NCBI GenBank assembly: GCA_003159975.1
Contig: PLPU01000446.1
Location: forward strand, 7,570 to 71,569
Reading direction: 5' to 3'
DNA: 64,000 nucleotides
DNA from: Acidobacteriaceae bacterium
GTDB taxonomy: Bacteria > Acidobacteriota > Terriglobia > Terriglobales > Acidobacteriaceae
In this document: in pieces, positions 61,228 to 64,000 of the stretch
How the letters are laid out: each line of letters opens with the position of its first letter
Numbering within the stretch: position 1 is the first letter of the stretch
Notes under the pieces: model-generated
The model's input: the letters and a program-made list of their open reading frames with translations, nothing else
Told to the model about the DNA's origin: nothing
Database searches by the model: none
Position numbers and translations under genes: made by a program

Positions 61228-63429
61228 ATGTTGACTCTGGTTTCGCTCTGGGAGGTCAGGATTCTGAACGCGGGCTCGATCACCACGCAGCAAATCATCG
61301 GCAGCCTCCTGGCCATCCTCGCCTTTCTGCCGGCAAGCCTGTGCACAGGCTACCTCGCTGCCTGGTTTACCAATCTTCACGGATTCCGGCGACGCTCGAT
61401 CGTGGAGCGTGTCTTCTGGAGTGTGCCGCTGTCCATGGCCGTCTCCACCATCGCCGCCGTGCTGATCGGCAGGTTTCTCTCGCTCACTGCCGTCGTCGCA
61501 TTCTTCGTTGCCACGACTGTGCTCTGGCTGGTCGTAGTCGGCAGGGAAGCTCTCCATCTGCGGCGTTCCCGCGGGAAATGGAATATCGGCTGGAATCCGT
61601 TGGGCGGCGCGGCGTCCGTGCTGGCAGTCCTCTGGATTGTCGTTGCGGTTCTCTCGCTCGTCGATCTTCAAGGCAACCACAAGCTATTCATGAACACCGC
61701 CATGCTCGATCAGAGCTATCGCGTCAACTGGACCCAGGATGTCCTGCGAACCGGCGTTCCACCCGTCAATCCGCAATACTTCTACAAGCATTCCGCCCCC
61801 ATGCGCAATTACTACTTCTGGTATGTCGTCTGTGCCGCGGTAGCTAAAAGGTCGCATCTCTCCGTGCGTGTTGTTTTCATAGCCAGCACTGTCTGGGCGG
61901 GGTTTGTCCTTGCCGCTCTGATCGGCCTCTACTTGAAACACCTCCTCGAGGTCGGAGCCCGATTGCGCAAGCAGTTTCTCCGTGCCATCGCATTGCTCAT
62001 GGTCACCGGCCTTGATCTCTGCGTCGCACTCTGGGGAGTTTTCTACTCTCATCGGGCGCCGACTGGCGATCTCGAAGCATGGTCAAAGGATGCCATCGTC
62101 AGTTGGCTTCATACCCTTCTATGGGCCCCGCATCATGTCGTGGCCATGGTGTGCTGCATGTTCGCATTTCTGCTGGCTTGGATGGGCGGCAGGGACGGCG
62201 AGCACAACCGTATCGTAACCATCCTCTTGATTGCCGTTTCGCTGGCCAGCGCCTTTGGTCTCTCGATTTATGTAACCTTTGCCTTCTTCCTGGTGATGCT
62301 GTTCTGGGCGCTGTGGCAGATCGCCATTGAACGCACTCCTCGACCTGTAATGCTGCTCGCGGCCGGCGGCGCGGGCTCCATTGTCCTGCTCCTCCCTTAC
62401 TTGGCGGACCTGATGCAACCCGCATCGCAGCAGGTGGAAGGTGGCTCCGGTTCGCTGTTCTCGTTCGCCGTTCGCGAAATGATTCCCCCTGGCGGCCTGT
62501 TGGCGACACCCTTCTTTCAGCACATTGCCGAGAGCCATTCCCTTGCCGCGCTTAACCTTGCCAAGCTGATTCTTCTGGTGCCGGGTTATGCCCTCGAACT
62601 GGGATTCTATTTCGCCGTCTTCCTCATCTACCTTGTTCCCGCCTGGCGCGGACGCACCCCCCTCAGCCCCGCGCATCGCGCGCTTCTCTTCATCTGCGCC
62701 GCCACGCTCCCCATCATCTCCCTGATCCGCTCAGGGATTCTAAATACCAACGACTTCGGCTGGAGAGGAGCCCTGCTGGTGCAGTTTCCCTTGCTCCTTC
62801 TGGCGTCCGAGGTCGTCACGGGTTGGAAAATCGCAGACAGCAAAACCAGTGCGCCTGCTGACTTGGCCGGCCTGCCTCACAACACCCCGCAATGGTTGCG
62901 ATCGATAGCCGCTCTCGCGCTGGTGATCGGCGCAATGGGCACATTTTGCCAGGCGCTGATGCTGCGCTTCGGTGTCCCATTTGTCGAGTGGCAAATGACC
63001 GTGGCCCACACGTCTGAGAAGCGCAGCTTCTCGCACAACGCATACATCTCGTCTCTCGGCTACGCCCAACTGGACTCGCTGATTCCCAACGATGCCATCG
63101 TGCAATTCAATCCCAGGCACGAAGATCCGTTCTGGACCGCTGCGGATTTGCTCGGGGTCGACCATCAGGTGGCCATCCTGCACGACGGCATGGGGTGTGG
63201 CTCTGAATTGGGGGGCGATTCCAGCGGTTGCAAAGCGATGGCTGCCGACATCGGTGCGCTCTTCCACGGCGCATCCGCGGATCAGGCACGCTCAACATGC
63301 CGCAAATACGCTATCCAGTACCTCGTCGTCCGCAACTTCGATCCCGCGTGGGACGATAAAGCCGGCTGGGTGTGGACCCTGAACCCCGTCGTTGCTGATA
63401 AAGATTTTCGAGCTCTCGATTGCCGCTGA
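61228..63429 (+). CDS. Large polytopic membrane protein, possibly GT-C fold
   Basis: More than 12 hydrophobic segments. First large loop carries D...R...GVPPVNP.F...YY.WY. Soluble C-terminal domain ending KYAIQYLVV. Confidence 0.6.
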   Translation: MLTLVSLWEVRILNAGSITTQQIIGSLLAILAFLPASLCTGYLAAWFTNLHGFRRRSIVERVFWSVPLSMAVSTIAAVLIGRFLSLTAVVAFFVATTVLWLVVVGREALHLRRSRGKWNIGWNPLGGAASVLAVLWIVVAVLSLVDLQGNHKLFMNTAMLDQSYRVNWTQDVLRTGVPPVNPQYFYKHSAPMRNYYFWYVVCAAVAKRSHLSVRVVFIASTVWAGFVLAALIGLYLKHLLEVGARLRKQFLRAIALLMVTGLDLCVALWGVFYSHRAPTGDLEAWSKDAIVSWLHTLLWAPHHVVAMVCCMFAFLLAWMGGRDGEHNRIVTILLIAVSLASAFGLSIYVTFAFFLVMLFWALWQIAIERTPRPVMLLAAGGAGSIVLLLPYLADLMQPASQQVEGGSGSLFSFAVREMIPPGGLLATPFFQHIAESHSLAALNLAKLILLVPGYALELGFYFAVFLIYLVPAWRGRTPLSPAHRALLFICAATLPIISLIRSGILNTNDFGWRGALLVQFPLLLLASEVVTGWKIADSKTSAPADLAGLPHNTPQWLRSIAALALVIGAMGTFCQALMLRFGVPFVEWQMTVAHTSEKRSFSHNAYISSLGYAQLDSLIPNDAIVQFNPRHEDPFWTAADLLGVDHQVAILHDGMGCGSELGGDSSGCKAMAADIGALFHGASADQARSTCRKYAIQYLVVRNFDPAWDDKAGWVWTLNPVVADKDFRALDCR

Positions 63430-63586
63430 CAGGAATGGCGTCGTATTACGCCAGTAATCGCGAGCATGCCGGCTTCTTCGGCATGCCAGGCGTTCAGGAT
63501 GATCCACCATTCAAGAATGTTAGAATTCGAGCCAATCTGTGCAGGGGAACCCACAGAACGAGCCGTCGAAAGCGAAGGTCCCGTTG

Positions 63587-64000
63587 ATGCCCACCAGCCT
63601 GCCCGTCACCGGCAACACCGAACGCACGATGCCCGAAAATCGTGCCTTTTATCCCGCGCTTGACGGTCTCCGCGCCATCGCATTCCTCATGGTGTTCTTT
63701 CAGCACTACTACTCCATCCCGTGGGGTTGGACGGGTGTAAACATCTTCTTTGTCCTCTCCGGCTTTCTGATTACCGGCATCCTCTTCGACTCCCGTAACG
63801 ATGCTCACCGTGCCCGCAACTTTTATATCCGCCGCACGCTGCGCATCTTTCCCCTCTATTACGGTGTCTTCTTCGCAATCCTCCTGCTTGAGCCGATCTT
63901 TCATTGGCGCTGGTCTCTTGACTGGCTCGCGTGGCCGCTCTATTTCGCCAACTACCTTCGCTTCGTTTCCCCCGATTTCATGTCAGTCGGGACCCCGTTG
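63587..64000 (+). CDS. Acyltransferase family 3 (OafA-like O-acyltransferase), 3'-truncated by window edge
   Basis: Hand translation (not in the ORF track): YPALDGLRAIAFLMVFFQH...GVNIFFVLSGFLITGIL...FYIRRTLRIFPLYY. Confidence 0.88.
   Translation, partial: MPTSLPVTGNTERTMPENRAFYPALDGLRAIAFLMVFFQHYYSIPWGWTGVNIFFVLSGFLITGILFDSRNDAHRARNFYIRRTLRIFPLYYGVFFAILLLEPIFHWRWSLDWLAWPLYFANYLRFVSPDFMSVGTPL

Noticed and set aside
1-64000. Mobile elements, prophage, CRISPR arrays, rRNA/tRNA
   Set aside because: No transposase, integrase or phage genes, regularly spaced repeats, or structural RNA signatures were seen by eye.

Overview
This is a GC-rich bacterial window. Gene content (carboxypeptidase-regulatory-domain TonB receptors, NHL/Ig surface proteins, CadC-like wHTH-propeller regulator) suggests Acidobacteriota, by inference only. 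It has four blocks. (1) 1-19.7 kb, glycan foraging and surface proteins: partial GH30, a protein made only of Clp-N domains, two giant NHL/Ig surface proteins, a TonB-dependent receptor and a GH44 lipoprotein. (2) 20-26 kb, leucine/HMG-CoA catabolism plus a CoA-transferase. (3) 26.3-34.3 kb, an alpha-glucan locus: GH13, a TonB receptor and a transmembrane wHTH sensor. (4) 35.4-64 kb, a sigma54-linked Tad/Flp pilus island: atypical NtrC-type activator, cpaA/E/F, tadB/C/E/G, cpaB/C and two flp pilins. The pilin genes sit among five GT87-like (GT-C) glycosyltransferases, a DPM1-like GT2, a large polytopic membrane protein and an acyltransferase-3, making a candidate pilus-linked lipid-donor glycosylation system. 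The island also has two near-identical 31-aa membrane micro-proteins missed by the ORF track, a DUF192-PilZ fusion and a TonB-like protein. A second highlight is a membrane hairpin with an internal lipobox that splits the last Ig domain of both giant surface proteins. No rRNA, tRNA, CRISPR or mobile element was recognised. All family calls come from motif recognition by eye; no database searches were run.
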